Origin: a virus
Lineage: Duplodnaviria; Heunggongvirae; Uroviricota; Caudoviricetes
Reading direction: 5' to 3' (one strand)
DNA: 64,000 nt
Virus record (IMG/VR): IMGVR_UViG_3300050821_010761
Span: 104,808 to 168,807 of that record
How positions within the stretch are numbered: the stretch's first letter is position 1; every line of letters begins with the position of its first letter. Position numbers and translations under genes: made by a program. The notes beneath the pieces were generated by a model. That model searched no databases and was not told where the DNA came from. It was given only the letters and a program-made list of their open reading frames with translations. Positions 44,864 through 54,276 of the stretch are shown piece by piece.

Positions 44864-45056
44864 ATTTGGTCCTAGTTTAAGATATGAAAATGACGGTCGC
44901 ATCGCAGTCTTTACTAAAGAAGAGGCTTATTTAGTTTTATCTCCTGGTATGCCAAGCGATCTAAGAGTGCTGTGCGTCAGAGAATCTGATATGACTTGCG
45001 AGTGGGTGACGAACTGTGCTCAAGCGGAACAGTTTTACGAAACGGAAATAAAATAA
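44808..45056 (+). CDS. hypothetical protein (82 aa) starting inside the tandem repeat
   Basis: ORF starts at the ATG of copy 2. The copy-1 ATG reads the same 19 residues, then terminates at 44827. Confidence 0.4.
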   Translation: MAITGDRPGFIIDVNGNHGFGPSLRYENDGRIAVFTKEEAYLVLSPGMPSDLRVLCVRESDMTCEWVTNCAQAEQFYETEIK

Positions 45057-45406
45057 TGGGCGTTTACACTTGGGTATCAAAATATTGCTGTGACGAGGAG
45101 CTTGACTTTCAGAGCAAGTCACACCCAACTCAAGACTGGGGTGCAGTAGACATTGATTCGGTTCCAGTGGAAATGGCACGCGATATAGAAAACGACGTTA
45201 AAGAGTGCCCCCATTGTGGTAGACGTTATAGGATTCAGGTTAGACCTAGAAATTACGAGACCGTGCCAATGGAGATCGTTTGCGAAAACGAAGATGAGAT
45301 TGTGGAACCCGATGAAATCGAGGAAATGGAAGAATCAAACGAAGCTCAAGACGATTTAGGACGCAGAATAACCAAATTGTATAGAAATATTGGAGTAAAA
45401 CGATGA
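45056..45406 (+). CDS. Cys-containing hypothetical protein (116 aa)
   Basis: TAATG overlap start (MGVYTW). CPHCGRRYR zinc-ribbon-like. Confidence 0.4.
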   Translation: MGVYTWVSKYCCDEELDFQSKSHPTQDWGAVDIDSVPVEMARDIENDVKECPHCGRRYRIQVRPRNYETVPMEIVCENEDEIVEPDEIEEMEESNEAQDDLGRRITKLYRNIGVKR

Positions 45407-45600
45407 TGACCTTCTGGCGTTTCGAGATAGGTCTATGGCGATCTCCTAATGAAGTCCTTAAGCTTAAGGACTATTTTGAATTGAGCTACACGATGGCTCC
45501 GTGTGGCTGCCGAATTTTAACCGTTAGCAGAATATACTTTATTTTCTTTGGTGATGAGTGCTACTATGAAATTAAGAAAGCTTCAAAGGAATCAAAATGA
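45403..45600 (+). CDS. hypothetical protein (65 aa)
   Basis: ATGA overlaps on both sides. Confidence 0.3.
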   Translation: MMTFWRFEIGLWRSPNEVLKLKDYFELSYTMAPCGCRILTVSRIYFIFFGDECYYEIKKASKESK

Positions 45601-46622
45601 GTGATCAAGAAAATGGTTCTACAGATGAATCAAGCGATTGGGCAGAGTTTGCTAGTAAGTCATACGAATATAACGATTCAAGAAAATTTGGCCAAACGCC
45701 TCTTAAGGAACAGCCAATTCCGACTTCAAGTGAAAATAAAGAAAAACCAGTAGGAACTCCTACTCAGTATGCACTCCATGGAGACGGTTTTACTGCAACT
45801 ACCTCTACGGTACCTTCCCTGCCAGCTGGATGCTATGACATAAATGTCGATACTCACTGCGTATTCGCTACTCCAGCACTCAAGCAATCAGGAATACTTC
45901 TGGAATTACCAGAAATGCGTTCGGAAGAAGTGATAAAGATCGTTGATACTTTTTGGGATTCAGAAAAAGATTATAAAGAAGGCAATGAATTTGTGGTTGG
46001 TGGAGCGGCCTATAAAGCTGGCATTATGGTCTACGGTCCTCCAGGATCTGGTAAATCCTGTACATTAAAATTAGTATCGAATAAACTAGTAGCTCGCGGT
46101 GGAATAGTTTTTTATGCCAGTGGGCATCCATCAAATGCCATGGTATTTTTGTCCGATTTTGCCAAGATAGAAGAAAATAGAAAATGTATCGTAATTCTTG
46201 AAGATTTCGATAGTCTGATTCAGAATTGGGGTGAAAGCCAATATCTAGAAATGCTAGATTCCGCAAAATCAATCAATAACGTTTTATTCATTGCTACAAC
46301 AAATTATCCAGAGCGTTTGGATCCTAGAATTTATAATCGTCCAGGGAGATTTAGCCATGTAGTAAAGATTGGATTGCCAGGACCAAAGACTAGAGAAGCT
46401 TACCTTAAGGCTATCCTGAAAAACCATCGCGATATCTCAGAGATCGTCGAAAAATCTCAAGGATTCACAATTGATCATTTGACTGCATTGGTTAACGCAG
46501 TTTATAGGGAAAAGAAAGATTTACAAAAAGAATTGAAGCGATTAAGAATTCTTTTTAATCCACCGCAGGTAGACAATAAAGGCATGGGCTTTGCGGCTCT
46601 TCAAGAAGACGCCAATGAATGA
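45597..46622 (+). CDS. classical AAA-family ATPase
   Basis: Walker A GPPGSGKS, Walker B IVILEDFD, sensor-1 ATTN, second region of homology YNRPGRFSHVVKIGLP (FtsH/Cdc48-type). Confidence 0.75.
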   Translation: MSDQENGSTDESSDWAEFASKSYEYNDSRKFGQTPLKEQPIPTSSENKEKPVGTPTQYALHGDGFTATTSTVPSLPAGCYDINVDTHCVFATPALKQSGILLELPEMRSEEVIKIVDTFWDSEKDYKEGNEFVVGGAAYKAGIMVYGPPGSGKSCTLKLVSNKLVARGGIVFYASGHPSNAMVFLSDFAKIEENRKCIVILEDFDSLIQNWGESQYLEMLDSAKSINNVLFIATTNYPERLDPRIYNRPGRFSHVVKIGLPGPKTREAYLKAILKNHRDISEIVEKSQGFTIDHLTALVNAVYREKKDLQKELKRLRILFNPPQVDNKGMGFAALQEDANE

Positions 46623-46791
46623 CGTGAGGTCGATAGCAAATGTGGCTTTTATAGTAATGGCATTCTTGGATATATTGATGGCGAAGGTTTTTGGATTAAG
46701 CCATCTTTTCTTCTTTATTCCTTGTGGAATATTGGCATTTGTGGTAGGATTGTTTTGTTTCATCATAACTTTAATTAAGGATATGGACTAA
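46615..46791 (+). CDS. small two-TM membrane protein
   Basis: Hydrophobic IANVAFIVMAFLDILMA and ILAFVVGLFCFIITLI. Confidence 0.3.
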   Translation: MNDVRSIANVAFIVMAFLDILMAKVFGLSHLFFFIPCGILAFVVGLFCFIITLIKDMD

Positions 46792-46792
46792 T

Positions 46793-46987
46793 ATGTCAAG
46801 AAATAAGAAATGTGGTATCACGAAAGAAGGTTCCAAGGCATGTTACGATTGCAATGTCGTGATTAAAGATACGGTTGTTGAACCAATTGTAGAGGCAGTT
46901 TCCGTGACAGTTTCAGAACCCCCAGTTGAGTCCGTCCAAGAACTTCTCAAGAAAAGTCCTTGGTGGAAAAAGATGCTTGGCAAATGA
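46793..46987 (+). CDS. hypothetical protein (64 aa)
   Basis: Packed array. No recognisable motifs. Confidence 0.3.
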   Translation: MSRNKKCGITKEGSKACYDCNVVIKDTVVEPIVEAVSVTVSEPPVESVQELLKKSPWWKKMLGK

Positions 46988-47355
46988 TAAATTTTACTGG
47001 AACGATTTTAAGGCTTGATGGGATCCCAGATGCTTCTGGTGACATCTTTGATGAGAACACTACGATTGAACTGCCAAGCCGTGAAGTCCCAGTAACGTTT
47101 GAATTTCACAAAGAACCAGAGTTTCATCTTGGTTGGGCTAGACTTTATTTTCGTCCAGGAGAATTGAAGTACGACATGCGCCTGGATGAAACTCGTTTGC
47201 CGAAATATGCACTCGACGATTTGACGCCAGCCATTTGTGGCTCATGCAAAGGTCGAAATGGGAAAAAGATAGAATACGCGTCTATAAGTTCAATTGGTTT
47301 AAGTACATCTAAAAATATGGATTTAAGAATTAAATCTTTGAAAGATCAAAAATGA
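46984..47355 (+). CDS. hypothetical protein (123 aa)
   Basis: Start at MINFTG after the upstream stop. Confidence 0.35.
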   Translation: MINFTGTILRLDGIPDASGDIFDENTTIELPSREVPVTFEFHKEPEFHLGWARLYFRPGELKYDMRLDETRLPKYALDDLTPAICGSCKGRNGKKIEYASISSIGLSTSKNMDLRIKSLKDQK

Positions 47356-47597
47356 CAATCCGTGAGATAGAAAAATTTTTTCTAGATGCTGGAATCCAAG
47401 CTGACGTGCGTGAGGAAAGCGATGGCAACGTTCGTGTTATTACCGAAGAAACGGTTTCGGATGATGTTAAATTTGCTCTCGAATTGATCACGCCTCCTGG
47501 TGTCCGTTTTCTTTTTTCTGTTCAATCTAAAAATAGAATGCCAATTCCATCGGTTTTGAAAAATTGGTACAAGCAAACCGATAAGTACTTAAAATGA
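47352..47597 (+). CDS. hypothetical protein (81 aa)
   Basis: ATGA overlap. Confidence 0.3.
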   Translation: MTIREIEKFFLDAGIQADVREESDGNVRVITEETVSDDVKFALELITPPGVRFLFSVQSKNRMPIPSVLKNWYKQTDKYLK

Positions 47598-47606
47598 GGA
47601 GGAATA

Positions 47607-48023
47607 GTGGGTCTTTATCCTATTGATTGTCCTGCCTGCAAGAGACCGCATATATGGTTCAGCGGCAATATGGACCAACGATGCGTGGAGTGCCAAAAAC
47701 CAAAAGAATGGTACATTCAAGAAGCATCAGAAGGATATCAAGAATTCGTGACCAAGTTGAATCCAGATGAATTAGAAGAACATCATCCAGAATTAGTTGC
47801 CGAACGAGACAACGCTGGACCATGGCATCACGTTATTGAGAAATCTGCATACGATTTTCAATGTAAGCTGTTAAGCGATGCGTTAAAATCCCTTACTAGA
47901 TCAGCGCATTACTATCAAGTAATGATCCAAGATTTGGAATCTCAAATAGCAATAGAAAAGGCTGAAGTTTCCAGACTTTTGGCTTTAAATAAACGCACTA
48001 GAGTTAAAAAAAGAAAAGGTTAA
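47607..48023 (+). CDS. zinc-finger protein (138 aa, GTG start) sharing HVIEKSAYD block with 42848-43156
   Basis: RBS GGAGG plus GTG. CPACKRPH...CVECQ. Confidence 0.4.
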   Translation: MGLYPIDCPACKRPHIWFSGNMDQRCVECQKPKEWYIQEASEGYQEFVTKLNPDELEEHHPELVAERDNAGPWHHVIEKSAYDFQCKLLSDALKSLTRSAHYYQVMIQDLESQIAIEKAEVSRLLALNKRTRVKKRKG

Positions 48024-48412
48024 ACTGGTTCGTCTTCGGGAAAATCGCGAAATTGAATGAACGGAGCCCAGTTAATTATGATTCTGACTGGATTTTTCTG
48101 AAATGGCGGCAAAAGGGTGTGGTTCCAGAATTCGATCCAGAATTGTCCAAACAAATCAACTGGTTGGAATGCTGTACCCTGTCTGAAATCGGGAAAATCC
48201 ACGTTGTAGCCCAAGTTTGTGTAATATTTATAAATATCATGGGGATTAACGTATCTTTGCGCAGTGGTACTTATCTCAGTTCTTCCCAGGGCTATAGCGG
48301 CTTGAATTTGCTTGTCAGCGTCAGCTATAAATAATGCGTTATCAGCTGCGACTAACGCTTCTTCAGTTGCTTTCTGGGCTGCCAAGGCGGCAGATGCTGG
48401 TATGGATGACAT
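48020..48412 (-). CDS. hypothetical protein (130 aa), lone - strand gene in + block
   Basis: Convergent with the upstream gene. Ala-rich N-terminus. Confidence 0.4.
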   Translation of the reverse strand: MSSIPASAALAAQKATEEALVAADNALFIADADKQIQAAIALGRTEISTTAQRYVNPHDIYKYYTNLGYNVDFPDFRQGTAFQPVDLFGQFWIEFWNHTLLPPFQKNPVRIIINWAPFIQFRDFPEDEPV

Positions 48413-48998
48413 ACTTATAAGATTGTTTCAAACCGTGATAATGAAGGATATGTTTAAGAAATCTGGCAACCCCAAAGTAGAAGAGCTTACCAAATCCCAC
48501 AGGGAGAGGTCTTACAATTTAAGTTCTCTAGGTGTCATTAAAAAGGTTTTGGAAGAGGGTCTAAAGCCAGCCAGATTTTGCGCTTGGTGTGCCGAAGGCA
48601 AACTGGCTCATGGCAATCAGAAATATTGCTCTACGGAGTGTTCAAGAAGTGCAATGGCTTGGAGCTACCCGCAAAAGGAAGAGAATTTAGCCCAGCTTCT
48701 CATAAGACAAAATTACAAGTGCAATGCGTGTCAGTTTGATTATACACCATTCATGGATGCCATCGCCGCCAAGGATAAGCCTCGCGGTTCTCTGCAGTGG
48801 GACTGGCGTAACGAATATATTTGGTATTTTTATAAAAGGCTTAAAAATCAGGTACCGCCAGAGCGTAAACCAGAAGTGGACCATGTAATCCCTATTTATA
48901 AGGGTGGTACCTCTTTGGGGATGGACAACCACTGCGTCCTATGTTATTCTTGCCATAAAGTAAAGACAGGAAAAGACCTGTCTGGAAAGCGTAAATAA
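48402..48998 (+). CDS. HNH endonuclease
   Basis: EVDHVIPIYKGG...NHCVLCYSCHKVKT canonical HNH motif with Cys4 zinc knuckle. Start approximate, since the longer ORF overlaps the - gene. Confidence 0.55.
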   Translation: MDDILIRLFQTVIMKDMFKKSGNPKVEELTKSHRERSYNLSSLGVIKKVLEEGLKPARFCAWCAEGKLAHGNQKYCSTECSRSAMAWSYPQKEENLAQLLIRQNYKCNACQFDYTPFMDAIAAKDKPRGSLQWDWRNEYIWYFYKRLKNQVPPERKPEVDHVIPIYKGGTSLGMDNHCVLCYSCHKVKTGKDLSGKRK

Positions 48999-49124
48999 GT
49001 GAAACATTTTATAATTCATACGATCGAATGCGGCATCTATTGTCTTGGTTTTCATTTGCTTGACGCCAAGTTTGAGTTAACGCAGCGTCTCATTCACATA
49101 TTGATCTGGGCACACCTTTGGTAG

Positions 49125-49153
49125 TTGACTTTATTTTGAAAATGTTTTACAGT
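49125..49153 (+). promoter_or_regulatory. putative sigma70-like promoter (TTGACT-N17-TACAGT) for the flotillin-like gene
   Basis: -10 element lies about 27 nt upstream of the ATG. RBS AAGGAG. Confidence 0.35.
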
Positions 49154-49179
49154 TACTTAATTCTTTAAGGAGAAAAATA

Positions 49180-50997
49180 ATGGAATTGCTTTTGTTTTAT
49201 GGTCTTTATGCACTTGGCTTTTTGACGTTGCTCGTTGCAACTTACAAAGCCCTCGGTATCGTTGTTGTAGGGGATTCTGAAGTTGGCATCGTAACAAAGA
49301 AGATCTCTCGCAAGAGTCTTCCCCCAGGTCAAGTTATCGCCCAAAACGGCGAAGCAGGCGTTCAAGCAGAAACGCTATCTCCTGGATGGCACCTAGGATT
49401 TTGGCCCGTAGTCTTCAAGGTTGATAAGGTCCCTCTCACTAATATCGAACCTGGAAACATCGGTCTCGTTATGGCTATCGATGGACAACAGATCGCTAGT
49501 AATCGAATCCTTGCAAAAGAAGTCGATTGTAATAACTTCCAGAGCGCTGGAGCATTTCTTAAAAACAACGGCGAAAAGGGTAAACAGCTTGCAATTCTTA
49601 CGGCTGGTAAGTACCGTATTAATACTTCACTTTTCAAGGTCACAACTGCTCCCGTGACTGTTATTGGCTCAAACACGGTCGGCGTTGTAACGACTTTCGA
49701 CGGAATTCCTCTCGATGGAGGAGAAATCGCTGGTGCCACGATCACTGGTCACAACTCCTTTCAAGACATCCAAAAATTCATTGATGCAGGTGGCAAACGC
49801 GGCCTCCAAGAACAAGTCATATTGGCTGGTCAATGGAACCTCAATCCTTGGTTCGTAAATGTAAAAGCGGTCGAAATGACCACGGTTCCGATTGGTCACG
49901 TGGGCGTAGTGACTTCTTACGTAGGCAAGGCTCACCTTGACATCTCTGGCGACACTTTCAAACACGGCGATCTGGTCGAACAAGGGCATAAAGGTGTGTG
50001 GGCAACTCCCCTTTATCCTGGAATGCACCCAATCAATACGGCTACAATGAAAGTGGATTTGATCCCGACCACTAACGTGGTCCTGAACTGGGCAACAAAC
50101 CGCAATGAAGCCCACCAGTTGGATAAAAATCTGTCCAGCATCACGGTCCGTTCTAAAGACGGTTTCTCTTATAATCTAGATGTTTCTGTGGTTATCCATA
50201 TTGGTGCCAAAGAGGCTGCTCGCGTGATCTCACGCATGGGCTCTATGTCTGGTCTTATCAGCCAGGTCCTTGAACCCACAATCGGCAACTACTTCCGTAA
50301 TTCCGCTCAAGAAACGGCAGCGCTGGATTTCTTGAAATCGCGTACCCAGATGCAACAAAGCGCCGCCAAATATGTTGGCGAAGCCTTGACTACATATGAT
50401 GTTGAAGCCGTCGATACTCTGATTGGTGATATTGTTCTGCCGCAAGCTTTGCTTGAAACCCAAACTCAGCGTAAATTGGCGGAAGAGATGCAGAAAACTT
50501 ATGAGGTTCAACAAGAATCTCAGAAACAAAAAGAAGCTTTGAATCGTCAGACTGCCATCACTGAAATGCAGACTAGCGTTGTTCAGTCAGAACAGAACGT
50601 TAAGATTGCTCAACAGGAAGCTGAAGCTAAGGTCAAAGCCGCAGAAGGTGATACTAAGGTAGCAGAGCAGAAATCCTTGCAGACTATCCGTTTGGCTGAA
50701 GCGTCTGCCTCTGAGATCAAGCAAAAAGCGGTCGCAGAAGCCGAAGGTATCAAAGCCAAAGGTAACGCGCAAGCTGAAGCCTACAAGTCTGGTGTTAATG
50801 CTATGGGCGAAAACAACTTTACTCTGCTTGAGACCATGACAGCGATTGGTCGCGAAAAGATCAAGATTATCCCAGATTTAGTCGTTAATGGTGGTGGCAG
50901 TGGTCAAGACGGTGGTGCAAATGGTATCTTGTCAGTCTTGATGGCTTCGATGCTCAAAGACAAGATGGCGGCAGAAAAGACCCTTAAACAGCAGTAG
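49180..50997 (+). CDS. flotillin-like SPFH/band-7 protein (YqiK/FloT-like)
   Basis: N-terminal TM, SPFH-like core and a long Ala/Glu/Gln-rich flotillin-type coiled coil (AEAEGIKAKGNAQAEAYKSG). 605 aa. Confidence 0.75.
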   Translation: MELLLFYGLYALGFLTLLVATYKALGIVVVGDSEVGIVTKKISRKSLPPGQVIAQNGEAGVQAETLSPGWHLGFWPVVFKVDKVPLTNIEPGNIGLVMAIDGQQIASNRILAKEVDCNNFQSAGAFLKNNGEKGKQLAILTAGKYRINTSLFKVTTAPVTVIGSNTVGVVTTFDGIPLDGGEIAGATITGHNSFQDIQKFIDAGGKRGLQEQVILAGQWNLNPWFVNVKAVEMTTVPIGHVGVVTSYVGKAHLDISGDTFKHGDLVEQGHKGVWATPLYPGMHPINTATMKVDLIPTTNVVLNWATNRNEAHQLDKNLSSITVRSKDGFSYNLDVSVVIHIGAKEAARVISRMGSMSGLISQVLEPTIGNYFRNSAQETAALDFLKSRTQMQQSAAKYVGEALTTYDVEAVDTLIGDIVLPQALLETQTQRKLAEEMQKTYEVQQESQKQKEALNRQTAITEMQTSVVQSEQNVKIAQQEAEAKVKAAEGDTKVAEQKSLQTIRLAEASASEIKQKAVAEAEGIKAKGNAQAEAYKSGVNAMGENNFTLLETMTAIGREKIKIIPDLVVNGGGSGQDGGANGILSVLMASMLKDKMAAEKTLKQQ

Positions 50998-51003
50998 GAA
51001 GTC

Positions 51004-51672
51004 ATGCGCGTCATAAGTAAGTTTAAGGACTACTACGATGGCGTTATGAAAACGGGCATGGACAGAGAAGTTGTCTATGTCCGCGAGAACAAAGAGATAG
51101 AATTAGAAGAAAGTTATGGGGTAGATTTTTCTACCCAAAACTCCCCGAGATACAGCAACATTGAACTGGTGATTCTTGGCTATTGCGGTAAAATCTACAA
51201 AATTTATACCGTAACTACCTCTCTTAATACAGAAAAAGAAAAACACGTTTTTCACGACTTTGAATCCTTCAGAAAGTTCATGATGCGTTATCAAATTGCC
51301 AGCAAATGGGATTTTGAAAAGCGTAGATATTACCCTAGCGATTATCAGAAATTCGAAGCTTTAGATGGTAGCAGACTAATAGAACTTTTTCATAAATATC
51401 AGACGCCCTTATTTATAGTCTCGCACATCCATAGATATCGAACCAAAAGCAAAACGACTCTGACACTTGGTCCATGTTTGAAGGATCTGGAATTTTACCA
51501 AATCAAGGACACTTATGCCGCCTATCAAGATATTTTTCAATATGTTGCTGGTACATTGAATAGGCCAGAAAATAAGATGGTGGAAATTTCTGATGAAGAC
51601 AAGGTATCCAAACACGGTTTTGACAAATGGTCATTCCGTAAATTGCCTACTAAGAAAAAGGATAAAAAATGA
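51004..51672 (+). CDS. hypothetical protein (222 aa)
   Basis: RBS GGAAG. Basic C-terminus. Confidence 0.45.
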   Translation: MRVISKFKDYYDGVMKTGMDREVVYVRENKEIELEESYGVDFSTQNSPRYSNIELVILGYCGKIYKIYTVTTSLNTEKEKHVFHDFESFRKFMMRYQIASKWDFEKRRYYPSDYQKFEALDGSRLIELFHKYQTPLFIVSHIHRYRTKSKTTLTLGPCLKDLEFYQIKDTYAAYQDIFQYVAGTLNRPENKMVEISDEDKVSKHGFDKWSFRKLPTKKKDKK

Positions 51673-51914
51673 ATAATGCCGATGATTTAAATTCAAAAAC
51701 TACCGATGAACTGGTTCAAATATTTATCGATAGCGTTCAAAACGCCTATGATCGCATATGGGTTGAATCTGCCACCGAAGAACAGCTGGACAAACTGGGG
51801 AAAACTAGTGGACTGGTCCGTCAGTGTGATCACGAATGGGTGACATGGACTGGTCTTCATGGTACCATCACAGACTGCACTAAATGCAAACAGGTCAAAG
51901 CGGATGGTATATGA
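51669..51914 (+). CDS. hypothetical Cys-containing protein (81 aa)
   Basis: ATGA overlap both sides. Confidence 0.35.
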   Translation: MNNADDLNSKTTDELVQIFIDSVQNAYDRIWVESATEEQLDKLGKTSGLVRQCDHEWVTWTGLHGTITDCTKCKQVKADGI

Positions 51915-52435
51915 AAGTCCTATTTCTCGATTTCGATGGAGTTCTGAATTCTCAACAATCAGAGATTTTCTGGCACAATAAACGTGACCAATCGCTGTGG
52001 GAAAATGAGATGTACAAGTCTTGGCACGGTACTCTTAAAGAATATATTGCACATGAATTTTGTCCCATTGCTATGTCCAATGTGGAAGAGTTGATTCGGA
52101 GAGTTCCAGATCTCAAAATCGTGATTTCTTCTTCTTGGCGCCATGGAGAAACTATCGAAACATTGAAGAAAATTCTTCACCCTTCCAAACTCATTGCCGA
52201 TGCCATAATTGACGTCACTCCGTATTTTCGCGGAGATAAGCCGCGTGGTGCTGAAATTCAAGATTGGCTTGATAGGCACACAGAAGTGTCGCACTATGTG
52301 ATATTAGATGATGATCGCGATATGTTAGAAAGTCAGAAAGATAATTTTATTAACACGTCCCCTTTCCATGGATTCCAATACGGAGACATGCTTTGGGCCT
52401 TAAGAATACTTGGCCACGCGGATAGGCAATATTAG
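51911..52435 (+). CDS. small HAD-superfamily phosphatase, paralog A (HAD_SAK-like)
   Basis: HAD motif I LFLDFDGVLN, motif II VISSSWR, motif III R-G-EI, motif IV VILDDD. Paralogous to 55912-56454 and 62682-63107. Confidence 0.6.
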   Translation: MKVLFLDFDGVLNSQQSEIFWHNKRDQSLWENEMYKSWHGTLKEYIAHEFCPIAMSNVEELIRRVPDLKIVISSSWRHGETIETLKKILHPSKLIADAIIDVTPYFRGDKPRGAEIQDWLDRHTEVSHYVILDDDRDMLESQKDNFINTSPFHGFQYGDMLWALRILGHADRQY

Positions 52436-52442
52436 GAGGAAA

Positions 52443-52655
52443 ATGATTACATTAGTTTGTTCCATCTTGATTACCGTTAATGGCGGCGGATTTGGTATAG
52501 CATCCAAGGCTGACGTTGAAGGGAAACTCATCAGTCAATCGGATACTAAATACCTTGTAGATTTCAGCGATGGTGTCAAAAAATTTGATATTTTCGGAAA
52601 ACCAAGTAATTATGACGAAGTCTTAGTTGACAAGTCTGATTGCGTAAAGAAGTAA
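52443..52655 (+). CDS. small secreted/membrane protein
   Basis: Start at MITLVCSILITVNGGG, hydrophobic N-terminus. Confidence 0.3.
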   Translation: MITLVCSILITVNGGGFGIASKADVEGKLISQSDTKYLVDFSDGVKKFDIFGKPSNYDEVLVDKSDCVKK

Positions 52656-52656
52656 T

Positions 52657-52866
52657 ATGCTACATTATTTAGTGGAATGGGGCCACATCTATCTGATTCA
52701 TGTCGGCGTACTAACTGGTTTATTGATGATTGATAATGTGCGTCGAGAAGGGTTACCATTTCCCAACAAAATGCTGATATTCAAACCCTTGGTATGGGCG
52801 CTCATATTGGCAGTCTTCTCCAGTCATAGTCACGCGCACTACCTTAATCACTTTGTTTCAAAATAG
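52657..52866 (+). CDS. small two-TM membrane protein
   Basis: Hydrophobic VLTGLLMI and VWALILAVF segments. Confidence 0.3.
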   Translation: MLHYLVEWGHIYLIHVGVLTGLLMIDNVRREGLPFPNKMLIFKPLVWALILAVFSSHSHAHYLNHFVSK

Positions 52867-52868
52867 TA

Positions 52869-52897
52869 TTGACAATGCAATTTTTATACTATAGTAT
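52869..52897 (+). promoter_or_regulatory. consensus-like sigma70 promoter (TTGACA-N15/17-TATAGT/TAGTAT) for Fis-type regulator gene
   Basis: Perfect TTGACA -35 hexamer. Gene start 21 nt downstream with RBS AAGGAAGG. Confidence 0.45.
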
Positions 52898-52917
52898 GTG
52901 TAAATAAGGAAGGTAAA

Positions 52918-53124
52918 ATGGAAAATCAACAAACAACAGTTATCGATGTAACCAATCTCCCCACTTTGCAGGAATTGGAACGTCAGTATTTGAACTTGGT
53001 CTTGGGCAGAACCTCTGGAAGCAAGGCAGAAGCCGCCAAAATCCTTGGCGTTAGCGTAAAGACGGTTTACAATAAACTTGACGCATACAAAGAGCAAATG
53101 ACGTCTACTGTCACACAGTCGTAA
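52918..53124 (+). CDS. Fis-family helix-turn-helix DNA-binding protein
   Basis: C-terminal KAEAAKILGVSVKTVYNKL matches the Fis/NtrC-type HTH. Confidence 0.5.
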   Translation: MENQQTTVIDVTNLPTLQELERQYLNLVLGRTSGSKAEAAKILGVSVKTVYNKLDAYKEQMTSTVTQS

Positions 53125-53345
53125 TGAAACATGATAAAAAAGACGAACCTGTCATTAGGTTGGACGTCACTGGCAATCTAACCCAGGAAATCATAGAAGA
53201 AGCTGCTCTTAGGTCCGCTCAAAATATGGGTCCAGCCCAAGACATGTGGATACCTGGAGTTGGTTGGATCATGAGGCATGGCGAGATTACTCAAGCTGGT
53301 TACGATTGGCTTGAACAGGAATACGGCAATAAAGAGGATAGGTAG
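53124..53345 (+). CDS. hypothetical protein (73 aa)
   Basis: TAATG overlap start. Stop TAG at 53343-53345. Confidence 0.35.
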   Translation: MKHDKKDEPVIRLDVTGNLTQEIIEEAALRSAQNMGPAQDMWIPGVGWIMRHGEITQAGYDWLEQEYGNKEDR

Positions 53346-53347
53346 TT

Positions 53348-53977
53348 ATCATCTACTTCACATCAGACACACATTTTTGGCACAAGAATGTTATCAGACT
53401 GTGTAGCCGTCCATTTGCACATCTGCACGAGATGCATGAGTACATGATCGATGAATGGAATAAGCGCGTCAGAAAGCCTACGGATAAAATTTATGTTTTG
53501 GGAGACTTCTCGTTTGCCAATGGCACAATGACAAGGCCCATACTTGAACGTCTAAACGGCTATAAAATATTGATTGCTGGCAATCATGATAGGCATGCCA
53601 AGCATATGTTGGATATGGGTTTTCAAGAAGTACACGAGAACATTTGGATTGAGATTGGTAATAAACAGAAAGTTTTCTTGAGCCATTTTCCTTTCCATCC
53701 GATGAATGCTTATGGCAAATATCCAGATGGCCGTATTGAAATTGGTTATCCATATGAGAAGATAGACACGCGCTACATGCATAAGCGTATTGTAGACGAT
53801 GGTACGCAGTGGTTGATCCACGGACATGTCCACGGTGCATGGAAACAGAATGGTCGTCAAATTAATGTTGGTGTGGATGTTTGGGATTTTAAGCCAGTTT
53901 CACATGAAAAGATTCTACAGATTATTAAAGCTGGACCAAAATTTGAGGGAAAATCCACAGACGATTACGGAGATTAA
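53348..53977 (+). CDS. calcineurin-like metallophosphoesterase (start codon unresolved)
   Basis: Motifs GDFS, GNHD and HGHVHG are present. Motif I (IIYFTSDTHF) lies in-frame upstream of the first ATG (53432), in a stretch with no ATG/GTG/TTG after a TAG at 53339. Confidence 0.55.
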   Translation: MIYFTSDTHFWHKNVIRLCSRPFAHLHEMHEYMIDEWNKRVRKPTDKIYVLGDFSFANGTMTRPILERLNGYKILIAGNHDRHAKHMLDMGFQEVHENIWIEIGNKQKVFLSHFPFHPMNAYGKYPDGRIEIGYPYEKIDTRYMHKRIVDDGTQWLIHGHVHGAWKQNGRQINVGVDVWDFKPVSHEKILQIIKAGPKFEGKSTDDYGD

Positions 53978-53978
53978 T

Positions 53979-54260
53979 ATGGAAAAAGAACTTAGTGCAG
54001 AACAAAGGAAACAATTAAGTAAAGTAGGAAGAACGTTTTTTCTAAAATCGTTTTTTAATGGAGTGCAGCACGCCATAATGCTGATGCTGGTAAATTTTAT
54101 TTTGGTTATGTCTGCACAAATTTTCGATATTCCAGAACCACTCGCTTTCATTGTAGCACTTGTTGGGGGCTTTTTTGTTATCCGCAGAATGTTCTCGATT
54201 AACTTTGAAAATTATGATAGATTCAAGAACGAAATCAAAGCAATCTTAGAACCAAAATAA
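53979..54260 (+). CDS. membrane protein (94 aa)
   Basis: TAATATG overlap start. Two TM segments. Confidence 0.35.
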   Translation: MEKELSAEQRKQLSKVGRTFFLKSFFNGVQHAIMLMLVNFILVMSAQIFDIPEPLAFIVALVGGFFVIRRMFSINFENYDRFKNEIKAILEPK

Positions 54261-54276
54261 AAATTAGGAGACATCG

